The position numbers and the translations under genes were made by a program. Below are positions 16,509-25,397 of a stretch of 55,131 nucleotides of DNA, in pieces. The notes beneath the pieces are model-generated. The model searched no databases. It was not told the DNA's origin and saw only the letters and a program-made list of their open reading frames with translations. Where the stretch lies: IMG/VR virus record IMGVR_UViG_3300038808_000030, positions 1-55,131 of that record; one strand, 5' to 3'. This stretch comes from a virus (Duplodnaviria; Caudoviricetes). The number at the start of each line of letters is the position of its first letter. The first letter of the stretch is position 1.

Positions 16509-18831
16509 GGCCCGCTTCAACCGCCGCGCGGGCGTGGGCGAGCGCATCCTGAACGACGTGCCGCTGGAGTTCGACGCTGACGAGGAGGCGCCGCCGCACC
16601 CGCTGGACCAGCCCGAGGCCCGCAAGACCCTGCGCAAGCTCCTGAGCTGGTACTACCGTGAGCGCGAGATCCAGGCCGAGAACCGCCTGCAGATGTCCAT
16701 CGACGCCGACTACTACGACGGCGACCAGTGGGACCCGGCCGATGCGGCCACGCTGGAGGAGCGCGGCCAGGTGCCCCTGGTGTTCAACGAGGTGGCGGTG
16801 ATGTGCGACTGGCTCATTGGCACGGAGCGCCGCGCGCGCGTGGACTGGAGCGTGCTGCCGCGTGCCGAGGACGACGTGCAGCTGGCCGACGTGAAGACCA
16901 AGGTGCTCAAGTACGTCAGCGACGTGAACCGCACCACATTCAACCGCTCGCGCGCCTTCGAGGACACCGTGAAGGTGGGCGTGGGCTGGGTGGACTCCGG
17001 CGTGCGCAACGACCCCACCAAGGACATCATCTACGACAAGTACGAGGACTGGCGCAATGTGCTCTGGGACTCGATGGCCATGGAGCCGGACCTGAGCGAT
17101 GCGCGCTACCTGTTCCGCACGCGCTGGGTGGACGAAGACGTGGCCATCACCATGTACCCGCAGCGCCGCGACGTGCTGGAGCGGGCCGTGCTGCGCGAGG
17201 AGGAGTTCAGCGCCCAGCAGTGGGCCGAAGATGAATTCTTCTTTCAGGGCCACACCAGCGAGCGCCACGTCAGCGGCACCAGCGGCAGCTACCTGGCCGG
17301 CGGGCGCGGCAACATCGACAGCGAGGCACGGCGCCGCGTGCGCCTGATCGAGTGCCAGTTCCGCATGCCGGCGTCCGTCCAGGTGGTGACCAGCGGCCCC
17401 TTCAAGGGCTCGTTCGTGGAGCCCTGGGATCATGCGCTGCGCGCCGTGGTGGGTGCGCACGGCGGTTCCATCGTGGAGCGTGTCGCCATGCGCATGCACG
17501 TCGCGGTCTTCACCGAGGGCCATCTGCTGGCACTGGGCCCAACGCCCATGCGCCACAACAGTTTCAGCCTGACGCCCATCTGGTGCTACCGGCGCGGCCG
17601 CGACCGCATGCCCTACGGCGTGGTGCGCCGCGTGCGCGATCTGCAGATGGACATGAACAAGCGGGCCAGCAAGGCGCTGTTCCTGCTGTCCACGAACCAG
17701 ATCTTTGCGGAGAAGGGCGCCTTCGATGACATCAACGAGGCGCGCGAGGAGGTCAACCAGCCGGACGGCGTGGTGATCTACAAGGCCGGCAAGAAGTTCG
17801 AGGTCCACCGCGACAGCGAGATGGCCGCCGGCCAGGTGCAGATGATGACGATGGACGGCCAGGCCATCCAGAAGTCCGCAGGCATCAGCGACGAGAACCT
17901 GGGCCGGCGCACCAATGCCGTCAGCGGCCGTGCGATCGAGGCCCGCCAGCTGCAGGGCTCGGTCGTGACCACGCAGCCCTTCGACAACCTGCGCTTCGCC
18001 GTGCAGATCCAGGGCGAGAAGCTGCTGAGCCTGGTGGAGCAGTGGTACACGGAGGAGAAGGTCATTCGCCTGTCCGGCCACAAGGGCCGTCTGGACTGGG
18101 TGAAGGTCAACCAGCCCGAGGTCCAGCCAGACGGAAGCGTGCGCTACCTGAACGACATCACGTCCAGCATGGCCGACTTCGTGGTGTCCGAGCAGGACTA
18201 TTCGGGCACGTTGCGCCAGGTCATGTTCGAGAGCCTGAACCAGCTGGCGGGCCGTCTGCCACCCGAGGTGGCCATCCGCATCATGACGCTGGCCATGGAG
18301 TATTCGGACCTGCCGAACAACGACCTGGTGGCCGACGAGCTGCGCAAGCTCACCGGCGAGCGCGACCCCAACAAGCCCCTCACGCCCGAGGAGCAGCAGC
18401 AGGTCCAGCAGCAGATGCAGGCCCAGGCCGAGGCCCTGCAGATGCAGCAGGAGAGCGCGCGCCAGGCGCTGGCCGAGCAGCAGGCCAAAGTCCGGGAGAT
18501 CAATGCCCGTGCGGAGAAGCTGGAAGCCGAGGCCGAGCAGCTGCGCGCCGCTGGCGGAAACCCCGCGTTGGCACAGCAGATGGAAGGCGTGGCCGCCACC
18601 GTGCGCCGCGACGCGGACATGGAGCTGGACGAGCTGCGCCGCAAGCTGGCCAAGACCCAGGCCGACCTGGCCAACAAGACGCTGCAGATCAAGGGCGACC
18701 AGGACGTGCGTCTGCAGGTGGCCCACATCGAGGCCGACTCGCGCGAGCGCGTGGCCCAGATCCAAGCCCAGAGCCGCCAAACGCTCGACGCCATGTCGGG
18801 CCGGCTGAACCAATTCGACAACAAGGACTGA
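16495..18831 (+). CDS. Portal protein, P22-like (podovirus)
   Basis: DYYDGDQW, PLVFNE, YGVVRRVRDLQMDMNKRASK, NAVSGRAIEARQLQG; C-terminal Gln-rich coiled coil. Confidence 0.92.
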   Translation: MSQLEARFNRRAGVGERILNDVPLEFDADEEAPPHPLDQPEARKTLRKLLSWYYREREIQAENRLQMSIDADYYDGDQWDPADAATLEERGQVPLVFNEVAVMCDWLIGTERRARVDWSVLPRAEDDVQLADVKTKVLKYVSDVNRTTFNRSRAFEDTVKVGVGWVDSGVRNDPTKDIIYDKYEDWRNVLWDSMAMEPDLSDARYLFRTRWVDEDVAITMYPQRRDVLERAVLREEEFSAQQWAEDEFFFQGHTSERHVSGTSGSYLAGGRGNIDSEARRRVRLIECQFRMPASVQVVTSGPFKGSFVEPWDHALRAVVGAHGGSIVERVAMRMHVAVFTEGHLLALGPTPMRHNSFSLTPIWCYRRGRDRMPYGVVRRVRDLQMDMNKRASKALFLLSTNQIFAEKGAFDDINEAREEVNQPDGVVIYKAGKKFEVHRDSEMAAGQVQMMTMDGQAIQKSAGISDENLGRRTNAVSGRAIEARQLQGSVVTTQPFDNLRFAVQIQGEKLLSLVEQWYTEEKVIRLSGHKGRLDWVKVNQPEVQPDGSVRYLNDITSSMADFVVSEQDYSGTLRQVMFESLNQLAGRLPPEVAIRIMTLAMEYSDLPNNDLVADELRKLTGERDPNKPLTPEEQQQVQQQMQAQAEALQMQQESARQALAEQQAKVREINARAEKLEAEAEQLRAAGGNPALAQQMEGVAATVRRDADMELDELRRKLAKTQADLANKTLQIKGDQDVRLQVAHIEADSRERVAQIQAQSRQTLDAMSGRLNQFDNKD

Positions 18832-18832
18832 T

Positions 18833-19075
18833 ATGGATCGAGAAACCATCGTGCGCACGGCGGCCGTGGAGGGCGCCAAGGCCGCGCCGCCGGTCACCGT
18901 GGTGGCCACCAACGTGGCCAACGGCTGGACCATGACCCACACGGCCACGGCCCTGACCATCCTCTACGTGGTGCTGCAGGTCATCTACCTGCTGTGGCGC
19001 TGGAGCAATGAGCGCGAGGACCGCCGGGCGCGCCAGGCGCAGGAGCTGGCAGCAGCATGCGAGGCGCGGTCGTGA
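18833..19075 (+). CDS. Holin
   Basis: TM segment ALTILYVVLQVIYLLWRW with charged tail; precedes the lysozyme. Confidence 0.75.
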   Translation: MDRETIVRTAAVEGAKAAPPVTVVATNVANGWTMTHTATALTILYVVLQVIYLLWRWSNEREDRRARQAQELAAACEARS

Positions 19076-19653
19076 GCGGGGGCCGAGTGTCTGCCGCAGG
19101 CCTGGGAATCGGCGCCGCCATCCTGGCGTCCTGGATCGCGGCCGAAGGTTTCAGCGCTGCGCCCATCATCCCGGTGCGCGGCGACGTGCCCACCATCGGC
19201 CATGGCGCCACGCGCTACGAGGACGGCACGCGCGTGACCATGGCAGATCCGCCCATCACCAGGGAGCGCGCCCGCGACCTGGCCGTGAACCTGCTGGAGC
19301 AGCAGTACGGGGCCTGCGTGCGCGATTCCCTGGGCGACACGCCGGTGCACCAGGTCGAGTTTGCCCAGGCGGTGGACTTCGCCGGCCAGTATGGGTGCGG
19401 GGCCTGGCGCGGCTCGTCGATGCTGTCGCGCACGCGGGCCGGCGACTATGCCGGCGCCTGCCAGGCCTACCTGGCCTACCGCTTCATGACCAGCACCCAG
19501 CCCCTGCAGGGCTACGCCGCCTACCAGTGGGTCGCGGGCGGGCAGCCCACGCGGTGGCGCTACGACTGCAGCACGCCCGGCAACAAGGTTTGCCGTGGTG
19601 TTTGGACTCGCCAGCAGGCGCGGCACGCCGCATGCATGGAGGCCCAGTCATGA
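19072..19653 (+). CDS. Endolysin, GH24 lysozyme with SAR-like N-terminus
   Basis: Gly/Ala-rich N-terminus then EGF...GDVPTIGHGAT; CRGVWTRQ. Confidence 0.88.
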   Translation: MSGGRVSAAGLGIGAAILASWIAAEGFSAAPIIPVRGDVPTIGHGATRYEDGTRVTMADPPITRERARDLAVNLLEQQYGACVRDSLGDTPVHQVEFAQAVDFAGQYGCGAWRGSSMLSRTRAGDYAGACQAYLAYRFMTSTQPLQGYAAYQWVAGGQPTRWRYDCSTPGNKVCRGVWTRQQARHAACMEAQS

Positions 19654-19703
19654 GCCCGATTTGGATCGCAATGTGGTGGTACTGGTGGAGGGGCTGGCGA
19701 TGA
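19650..19703 (+). CDS. 17-aa Trp-rich micropeptide
   Basis: MSPIWIAMWWYWWRGWR; ATGA overlaps at both ends. Confidence 0.5.
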   Translation: MSPIWIAMWWYWWRGWR

Positions 19704-20077
19704 AATGGCTCAGCCGCGACACGGTGCGCTTGCCGTACATGACCCTGTGCCTATGTCAGGCCGAGTTCTTGAAGGTCGCCACTCGCTGCAACGTGCCAGA
19801 TCCAGGGGTCTGGATGGATGTCGATCGCCAATTGGCGGTTGTACACACATGGGAAAACGAAAGCGGCTTGTTCTGCGTGGTTTGTTTGAACCAATCGGCC
19901 GCAGAGGCGGACCCCATAGCCGTCGCATGCGCTTTGGTCCACGAGTCAGTTCACGTCTTCCAGAGACTGTGCGACAGCATTGGCGAGGAGAAGCCTTCGA
20001 GGGAGTTCGAGGCCTATTCCATCGAGCGCATCTCTGAAGCACTGATGCGCGAGTACGCCAGGAGGGTGTGCACATGA
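19700..20077 (+). CDS. HExxH-motif protein
   Basis: LVHESVH...EFEAY zincin-like motif; lower GC. Confidence 0.65.
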   Translation: MKWLSRDTVRLPYMTLCLCQAEFLKVATRCNVPDPGVWMDVDRQLAVVHTWENESGLFCVVCLNQSAAEADPIAVACALVHESVHVFQRLCDSIGEEKPSREFEAYSIERISEALMREYARRVCT

Positions 20078-20565
20078 TCCCCGCGCTCTACTCCCACTTG
20101 GCCGCCGCTGCCGTGGCCGCCTTCCTGGCGTGGCAGTTCCAAGGCGCGCGCCTGGGCGCTGAGCTGGCCGATGCCCGGCTGGAGACCACCACCCAGCAGC
20201 TGGCCACCAGCACCGCACAGCGCGCGGCCGACGCCCGCGTGCGCCTGGCCGAGAAGGCCATCAGCACCAAGTACCAAGGAGCCCTCAATGCCGCCCGTGA
20301 CCGAGAGGCGCTGTTGCGCCGTGATCGTGACCAGCTGCTCGCTGTTGCTGACGGCCTGCGCGAGCAATCCGCAGATGCCGCCCGGCGACTTGCCAGCGCT
20401 GCCCCCGCCGCCGTCCTTGAGTACGCCACTGCCCTCGGAGTCGTATTTGAAGACTGCCGCGCAGCGTATGGAGGCATGGCAGCAAAAGCTGCAGGGCACG
20501 CAGCTGATGTCCAAACCCTCGGCGCCGCCTGGCCTGAATCTCCCAGCCAGCAGGTGACCGAATGA
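20074..20565 (+). CDS. i-spanin (Rz-like)
   Basis: N-terminal TM segment then Ala-rich coiled coil. Confidence 0.8.
   Translation: MIPALYSHLAAAAVAAFLAWQFQGARLGAELADARLETTTQQLATSTAQRAADARVRLAEKAISTKYQGALNAARDREALLRRDRDQLLAVADGLREQSADAARRLASAAPAAVLEYATALGVVFEDCRAAYGGMAAKAAGHAADVQTLGAAWPESPSQQVTE
20288..20557 (+). CDS. o-spanin (Rz1-like lipoprotein) embedded in the i-spanin gene
   Basis: +1 frame; lipobox LLLTAC followed by Pro-rich segment. Confidence 0.78.
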   Translation: MPPVTERRCCAVIVTSCSLLLTACASNPQMPPGDLPALPPPPSLSTPLPSESYLKTAAQRMEAWQQKLQGTQLMSKPSAPPGLNLPASR

Positions 20566-20668
20566 GCGATGCCGGAGGTATTACGGGCTGACACACTGGC
20601 AGAAATTGCGAAGAGTGATGAACCATATCCTGCCGCTAAGTGGCTTGCAAACTAGGTGTTAAATCAGT

Positions 20669-20899
20669 TTGGCTACAATCGATTTTCCTATTGGCTTATC
20701 GAAAGGGATTGATGTGACACTTAAGTTCGCAATTGGTGATGTTGTCAAGTTGAACTCTGATGGACCAGACATGACAGTGAAGCAACTTCCGCAAAAATTG
20801 TCACCTCATTACCATTGCCAGTGGTTTGCAGGTAAGAAGCTGGAGTCAGGGAATTTCCCAGAGGACTCAATGGAGCTTGTCAAGAAAAAGACGCCATGA
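20669..20899 (+). CDS. YodC/DUF2158-like small protein (true start may be GTG 20714)
   Basis: FAIGDVVKLNSDGPDMTV...CQWFAG. Confidence 0.8.
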   Translation: MATIDFPIGLSKGIDVTLKFAIGDVVKLNSDGPDMTVKQLPQKLSPHYHCQWFAGKKLESGNFPEDSMELVKKKTP

Positions 20900-21165
20900 C
20901 AGCTGAGGACCTCGCACAATGGATGTATGAGCGCATCCAGTTGCAGGGCTGCGTCTATCAGGACGAGTCCGTAGATCGTGCGCTGTATGTTGGGAAAAAT
21001 GACTCACTTACTCGGACCAACGACGCTGGCAACATCGTTTTAGCACCTGCGGTGTTGACTGCGTTTAGGAAGTTGGACGACCAAAGGGTGGTTTGGGTTA
21101 AGCCAGATCGCTATTGGCGTTGGCGATGTTCCACGGACGAGGTTGGACGGGAGCAACGCGGATAG
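20896..21165 (+). CDS. Small protein, DUF6953-like
   Basis: LAQWM...CVYQ...NDAGN..L...VLTAFRKL...VVW....YWRWR; coupled to upstream gene. Confidence 0.65.
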   Translation: MTAEDLAQWMYERIQLQGCVYQDESVDRALYVGKNDSLTRTNDAGNIVLAPAVLTAFRKLDDQRVVWVKPDRYWRWRCSTDEVGREQRG

Positions 21166-21169
21166 AAAT

Positions 21170-21192
21170 GGGGCCTTTTGGCCCTTTTTTTA
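21170..21192 (+). terminator. Rho-independent terminator
   Basis: GGGCC-TTTT-GGCCC plus T7. Confidence 0.7.
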
Positions 21193-21297
21193 TTGAAATG
21201 TGGCGCGGGCCTAGCTTGGAGCCTTCCCATGGCGCGCAATCAGCACAGCTCTGCTGAACGGAGGACGCTTTGCCCCCCGGGGCTTTGGGTAACCGTC

Positions 21298-21316
21298 GTA
21301 CCAAGCCTGCCACCCT
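21298..21316 (+). promoter_or_regulatory. Late promoter motif copy 3
   Basis: GTACCAAGCCTGCCAcccT. Confidence 0.75.
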
Positions 21317-21347
21317 GCCGTGATCGAAACCACCACAGGTCACGCGC

Positions 21348-22064
21348 ATGCATCAGTCCCTTTCCCTCCGTAGCCAGCTGGCCCTGGCCATGATTTCGGC
21401 CGCCGGTGCCGCCATCGCCGACTCTCCCAAACGTGCGGAAGATATCGCCAAGGGCATCCAGCGTGCTCTCGACGTGCTGTCCCCCACTCTCGGCGATACC
21501 GCGCCCTCGCCCTGCAGCACCCCCACCTCGCCAGCAGCTGGCTGCGCCTGTGCATCCGGCAGCTGTGCCCATGACTCCAGCTGTGCCGTGCACAACGAAC
21601 CCGCGTTGCCAGCGGGCCCGTGCGACTGCCCAGGCAGTGGCCGATACACGTTCACGGTTGACGGCGCGGGTGTCGGCCTGGCCGGGGCCTACATGAAGGA
21701 CGGGGTTCTGCGCTTGCGGTTCAACCCTGTATTCGACGTAGCGGGCAGTCTGGGTCTCGGTCGAAATCACGTTCGTGCGCAGGCCAAGTCTTCCTTGGAG
21801 GCGGCTGCTGAAAAGTACCAGCAGGCATGTGACCTGGTGCGCGACCTGCAATCCAAGTCCAGCGAAACCAACCATGTGATGGCCAAGCTGCAGTCTGAGC
21901 TGCGCAGGGCTCATGAGGCCAAGGAGGAAGCCACCGAGGCGCTGCACGCAGCCGCTGCTGCCGGTGAATCCATCCCCGGTGGTGCCCGCATTGCCGCGCA
22001 GTGCGGCATCACGGCCGCTGTCATGCAGTCCATGCAGTCCGTGCATGGCCAGTCCAACCAGTAA
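21348..22064 (+). CDS. Hypothetical protein with Cys/His-rich motif and coiled coil
   Basis: CAHDSSCAVHNEPALPAGPCDC. Confidence 0.65.
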   Translation: MHQSLSLRSQLALAMISAAGAAIADSPKRAEDIAKGIQRALDVLSPTLGDTAPSPCSTPTSPAAGCACASGSCAHDSSCAVHNEPALPAGPCDCPGSGRYTFTVDGAGVGLAGAYMKDGVLRLRFNPVFDVAGSLGLGRNHVRAQAKSSLEAAAEKYQQACDLVRDLQSKSSETNHVMAKLQSELRRAHEAKEEATEALHAAAAAGESIPGGARIAAQCGITAAVMQSMQSVHGQSNQ

Positions 22065-22081
22065 TTTCGGAGTTCCACACA

Positions 22082-23056
22082 ATGAGCAATCCCAACGACG
22101 ACGACCACCTGCGCCTCCTGTCCGACGCCGAGCGCGAGGCCATGGAAGCCGACGAAAACGACTACGACCCCGAGGAAGACAACGCAGCAGCGCTGGCTGC
22201 CCTGGGGCGCGGCCCCCTCGATGCGGGAGAGGAAGAAGAGGGCGACGACGACGCGGCTGACGCGGGCAAGGGCAAGGCCGAGCCCACCGAACCCACGGAC
22301 ACCACCGCTGCGCCCGCTGCAGCGCCTGCAGCCGCTCCTGCCGCAGCACCCGCAGAACCCGCCGACGCAACGCAGCCGACCGATGCGCCGGCACCGAGTC
22401 CGCAGGCTGCCCCACAGCCCACCGGCTACCGTGCGGACCTGCCCGCCGACTACGACGCCCAGGTGAAGGCCAACAAGGACGCCGTGGCAGCCGCGCGCGC
22501 GAAGTTCAACGAGGGCGAGCTGGAGCAGCCCGAGCTGGACGCGGAGCTGGACCGCCTGCAGGACGAGCGCGACCAGCTGCGCGACATGAAGACGCGGGCC
22601 ACGGTGTCGGCCGAGATGCAGCAGCAGTCCACGCACCAGGCCTGGAACACCACCATCAACGGCTTCTTCGAAGAAGCGGCCAAGAGCGCAGAGCTGGGCA
22701 TCGTGGACTACCGCAAGGACGCGGCCAAGCAGGCGGATCTGGACGCCATGGTGCGCGCGCTGGGCGCGGCGCCGGGCAATGAGCACAAGCCCATGCGCTG
22801 GTTCCTGGAAGAAGGGCACCGCCGCGTGGTGGCCCTGCACGGCATTGCCACAACCAAGAAGCCGGCGGACGTTCGGCGCAAGCCTGACGCCTCGGCTGTG
22901 GTCACCAACCTGGCCGACGTGCCCGGTGGCGCGGGCGATGCCGATCCCGTGAGCGATGAGTTTGCCGAGCTGGACAAGCTGGAGGGCCTGGACTACGAGC
23001 GCGCGCTGGCTGGCATGTCCGAGGAAAAGCGTGATCGCTACAACCGCCTGGGCTGA
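22082..23056 (+). CDS. Capsid scaffolding protein (putative)
   Basis: Acidic Pro/Ala-rich N-terminus, helical core; upstream of capsid. Confidence 0.75.
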   Translation: MSNPNDDDHLRLLSDAEREAMEADENDYDPEEDNAAALAALGRGPLDAGEEEEGDDDAADAGKGKAEPTEPTDTTAAPAAAPAAAPAAAPAEPADATQPTDAPAPSPQAAPQPTGYRADLPADYDAQVKANKDAVAAARAKFNEGELEQPELDAELDRLQDERDQLRDMKTRATVSAEMQQQSTHQAWNTTINGFFEEAAKSAELGIVDYRKDAAKQADLDAMVRALGAAPGNEHKPMRWFLEEGHRRVVALHGIATTKKPADVRRKPDASAVVTNLADVPGGAGDADPVSDEFAELDKLEGLDYERALAGMSEEKRDRYNRLG

Positions 23057-23066
23057 CCCCGCCGCC

Positions 23067-23270
23067 ATGCCGTCCACTTCCTCTACCCCCGACGCGCGCC
23101 GCATCTTCGTGGAACTGCGCATGGGCGATGTGCTGGAGGTGGGCGGCGCCCGCATCCAGCTGGAATACAAGAAGGGGCAGGCCGCGCGCATGGTCGTCGT
23201 GGCCGCCCCTGAAACCACCGTCAAAAAGACACCGGCCGCGCTGCGGCCCGTACCAAGCCTGCCATCTTGA
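23067..23270 (+). CDS. CsrA/RsmA-like small RNA-binding protein
   Basis: IFVELRMGDVLEVGGARIQLEYKKGQAARMVVVAAPETTVKK follows the CsrA pattern (LxLxRRxGExLxIG..VxVxVL..KGxQVRIGVxAPxEVxVHR); alignment by eye. Confidence 0.65.
   Translation: MPSTSSTPDARRIFVELRMGDVLEVGGARIQLEYKKGQAARMVVVAAPETTVKKTPAALRPVPSLPS
23250..23268 (+). promoter_or_regulatory. Late promoter motif copy 4 (capsid)
   Basis: GTACCAAGCCTGCCAtctT, inside the 3' end of the CsrA-like gene. Confidence 0.75.
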
Positions 23271-23284
23271 GGGCTGGAACATTT

Positions 23285-23330
23285 TTCAACCGGGGCGCTG
23301 GAGTGCTCGCTACCACACAGGAGCACTCCT
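23285..23330 (+). promoter_or_regulatory. Capsid 5' UTR element: GGA-loop hairpin versus SD-sequestering hairpin
   Basis: GGGCGC-TGGA-GTGCTC hairpin; alternatively GGAGTGCTC (23300-23308) pairs perfectly with GAGCACTCC (23321-23329). Confidence 0.65.
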
Positions 23331-24446
23331 ATGGGCAAAACAGTGGTGGGCGTGAACAGCCCCCGCGCCGTCAAGCGCTTTTCCGGCAACCTGGCACTCG
23401 ATGTGTCGCAGGCCTCGTACTTCGGCAAGCGCTTCGCGGCCGTGGGCCAGGGCGCCAAGACCCCTCTCCAGCTGCTGACGGATCTGGAATCCGAAGCCGG
23501 CGACCTCATCAGCTATGACCTGCTGGCCGAGCTGCGCATGGCGCCTGTCGAAGGCGACGATGTGCTGGAAGGCAAGGAAGAGGGCCAGCGTTTCTACACC
23601 GATGAGCTGTACATCGACCAGGCGCGTGCCGGCGTCAACACGGGCGGCCGCATGTCGCGCAAGCGCACGCTGCACGACCTGCGCATGCGCGCCAAGCAGC
23701 AGCAGTCCAGCTGGTGGGGCCGCTTCCAGGACGAACTGACCTTCACCTACCTGGCGGGCTCGCGCGGCATCAATGCCAACTTCATTCTGCCCTTCGGCTA
23801 CCAGGGCCGCGCCAAGAACCCGCTGACGGCGCCCACGGCCAACCAGCACCTGTTCGGCGGTGACGCCACTGCGGTGACCAACCTGGACGCGACCGACAAG
23901 ATGTCGCTGGCCGTGGTGGACCGCGCTCGCGTGCGTGCTGACAGCCAGGGCGGTGGCGCCACCAACATCCCCGTCATGCAGCCCTGCGTGGTCGATGGCG
24001 AGGAAGTGTTCGTCATGGTCATGCACACCTTCCAGGAAGACGACCTGCGCAAGGAAACCGGCACGGGCGGTTGGCTGGACCTGCAAAAGGCTGCAGCGGC
24101 GTCCGTGGGCTTCAAGTCGCCGCTGTTCAAGAGCGCGCTGGGCATGTACCGCAACGTGATCCTGCACTCGCACCGCAACGTGATCCGCCACAACACCCAT
24201 GGCGCCACGGGCGACCTGGAGACGGCGCGCGCGCTGTTCATGGGTGCCCAGGCCGGCGTGATCGCCTTCGGCTCGCCGGGCACCGGCATGCGCTACGGCT
24301 GGCACGAGGAAACGGCCGACCGTGGCAACCAGGTCATCATCACCACGTCGTCCATCTTCGGTGTGAAGAAGACCGTCTTCGAGGTCGAAGGCGAAAAGCA
24401 GGACCACGGCGTCTACGGCTGCGATACCGCCGCTGCCTCGCGCTGA
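23331..24446 (+). CDS. Major capsid protein (N4-gp56/DUF4043-type)
   Basis: 371 aa; DLESEAGDLISYDL, LEGKEE, IDQAR, RKRTLHDLR, RALFMGAQA. Confidence 0.9.
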   Translation: MGKTVVGVNSPRAVKRFSGNLALDVSQASYFGKRFAAVGQGAKTPLQLLTDLESEAGDLISYDLLAELRMAPVEGDDVLEGKEEGQRFYTDELYIDQARAGVNTGGRMSRKRTLHDLRMRAKQQQSSWWGRFQDELTFTYLAGSRGINANFILPFGYQGRAKNPLTAPTANQHLFGGDATAVTNLDATDKMSLAVVDRARVRADSQGGGATNIPVMQPCVVDGEEVFVMVMHTFQEDDLRKETGTGGWLDLQKAAAASVGFKSPLFKSALGMYRNVILHSHRNVIRHNTHGATGDLETARALFMGAQAGVIAFGSPGTGMRYGWHEETADRGNQVIITTSSIFGVKKTVFEVEGEKQDHGVYGCDTAAASR

Positions 24447-24475
24447 TCCACCCCACCGAATAGAAGGAGTCAGAC

Positions 24476-24925
24476 ATGGCTTTTAAGCAACTCAGTGCCG
24501 TGGCCGCAGGCCATCAGGCCCCCATCACCCCCGGCGGCTCCGAGCTGGTGCGCTCGCGCTTCGGCCAGCCACTGGCCGTGGCAGACCACGCAGTCGGCGC
24601 CCGTGGCGTCATCGGCATCCTGCCCGCCGGCACGCTGCCCGTGTCCCTGTTCATCCGCGTGCCTGCCGCCTTGGGCGCGGGCTTCAAGGCCTCCATCGGC
24701 CTGGCGGATGCGGCCGGCGACATCAGCGCTGCGGCCGACGACGGCGGCGGTGCCTGGGTGACAGACAACGACGCGGGCGCGGCCGGCGGCTATGTGTACC
24801 TGGTGCCCGCAGCCTTTGCCAAGCTGGTGCCCAAGGACGAAGACCGCCGCATCGTCCTGAAGGTCACAGGCGCGGGCACGGCCGCAGGCCTCTTCGCCCT
24901 GGACCTGATCTACACGAACGCCTGA
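24476..24925 (+). CDS. Putative capsid decoration/virion protein
   Basis: AAGGAG RBS; beta-rich 149 aa directly after capsid. Confidence 0.65.
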   Translation: MAFKQLSAVAAGHQAPITPGGSELVRSRFGQPLAVADHAVGARGVIGILPAGTLPVSLFIRVPAALGAGFKASIGLADAAGDISAAADDGGGAWVTDNDAGAAGGYVYLVPAAFAKLVPKDEDRRIVLKVTGAGTAAGLFALDLIYTNA

Positions 24926-24937
24926 CAGCGTGTGCGC

Positions 24938-24986
24938 GCCCCGCAAGGGGCTTTCCCCCGGTGGCATCCGCTGCCGGGGCTTTTTG
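24938..24986 (+). terminator. Double hairpin/terminator after head genes
   Basis: GCCCC-GCAA-GGGGC then CCCCGGTGGC/GCTGCCGGGG plus T5. Confidence 0.6.
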
Positions 24987-25006
24987 AACCCCGGAGAACC
25001 ATCACC

Positions 25007-25390
25007 ATGAAGCTGTTCACTTCGCTGCCCGCACGCAAGGACGGAACCCTGATCGTGCGCCTCAAGGGCGCCACCTATGTCTTCAATGGCAAGCCGCTGG
25101 CCTGCGACGTTGAGGACGAGGCAGATGCCAAGCACCTGCTGGCCCGCAACTTCCAGACCGAAGAGGAGTTCGAGGCCGAGCAGAAATTCCTGCGCATGTC
25201 TGCCGAGCGCGAAGCCCGCCGTGCAGCCCAGGACGGCAAGGCCCCGTCCTCGCGCGGCACCTTCTCGCCTGGCGTGGGCCCGGACGATGACGACGACCTG
25301 GACGGCGGCACGGGCATGCCCCAGGAATCCGACTCGGCCCCCACCGGCCGCGTGCGCAAGGCCTCGCGCGCTTCCAACGTGACCGGCTGA
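25007..25390 (+). CDS. Hypothetical virion-associated protein
   Basis: GGAG RBS; MKLFTSLPARKDG... Confidence 0.7.
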   Translation: MKLFTSLPARKDGTLIVRLKGATYVFNGKPLACDVEDEADAKHLLARNFQTEEEFEAEQKFLRMSAEREARRAAQDGKAPSSRGTFSPGVGPDDDDDLDGGTGMPQESDSAPTGRVRKASRASNVTG

Positions 25391-25397
25391 TCGCACC

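Noticed and set aside
16432-18960. Long antisense ORFs (e.g. 16432..18960, 30591..33410, 14826..16637, 33284..35020, 1751..3208)
   Set aside because: Shadow frames of strongly codon-biased high-GC genes on the opposite strand; no motifs or RBS.
22305-22352. 12-nt tandem repeats in the scaffold gene
   Set aside because: Encode a low-complexity AAPA linker; synonymous variation shows protein-level origin.
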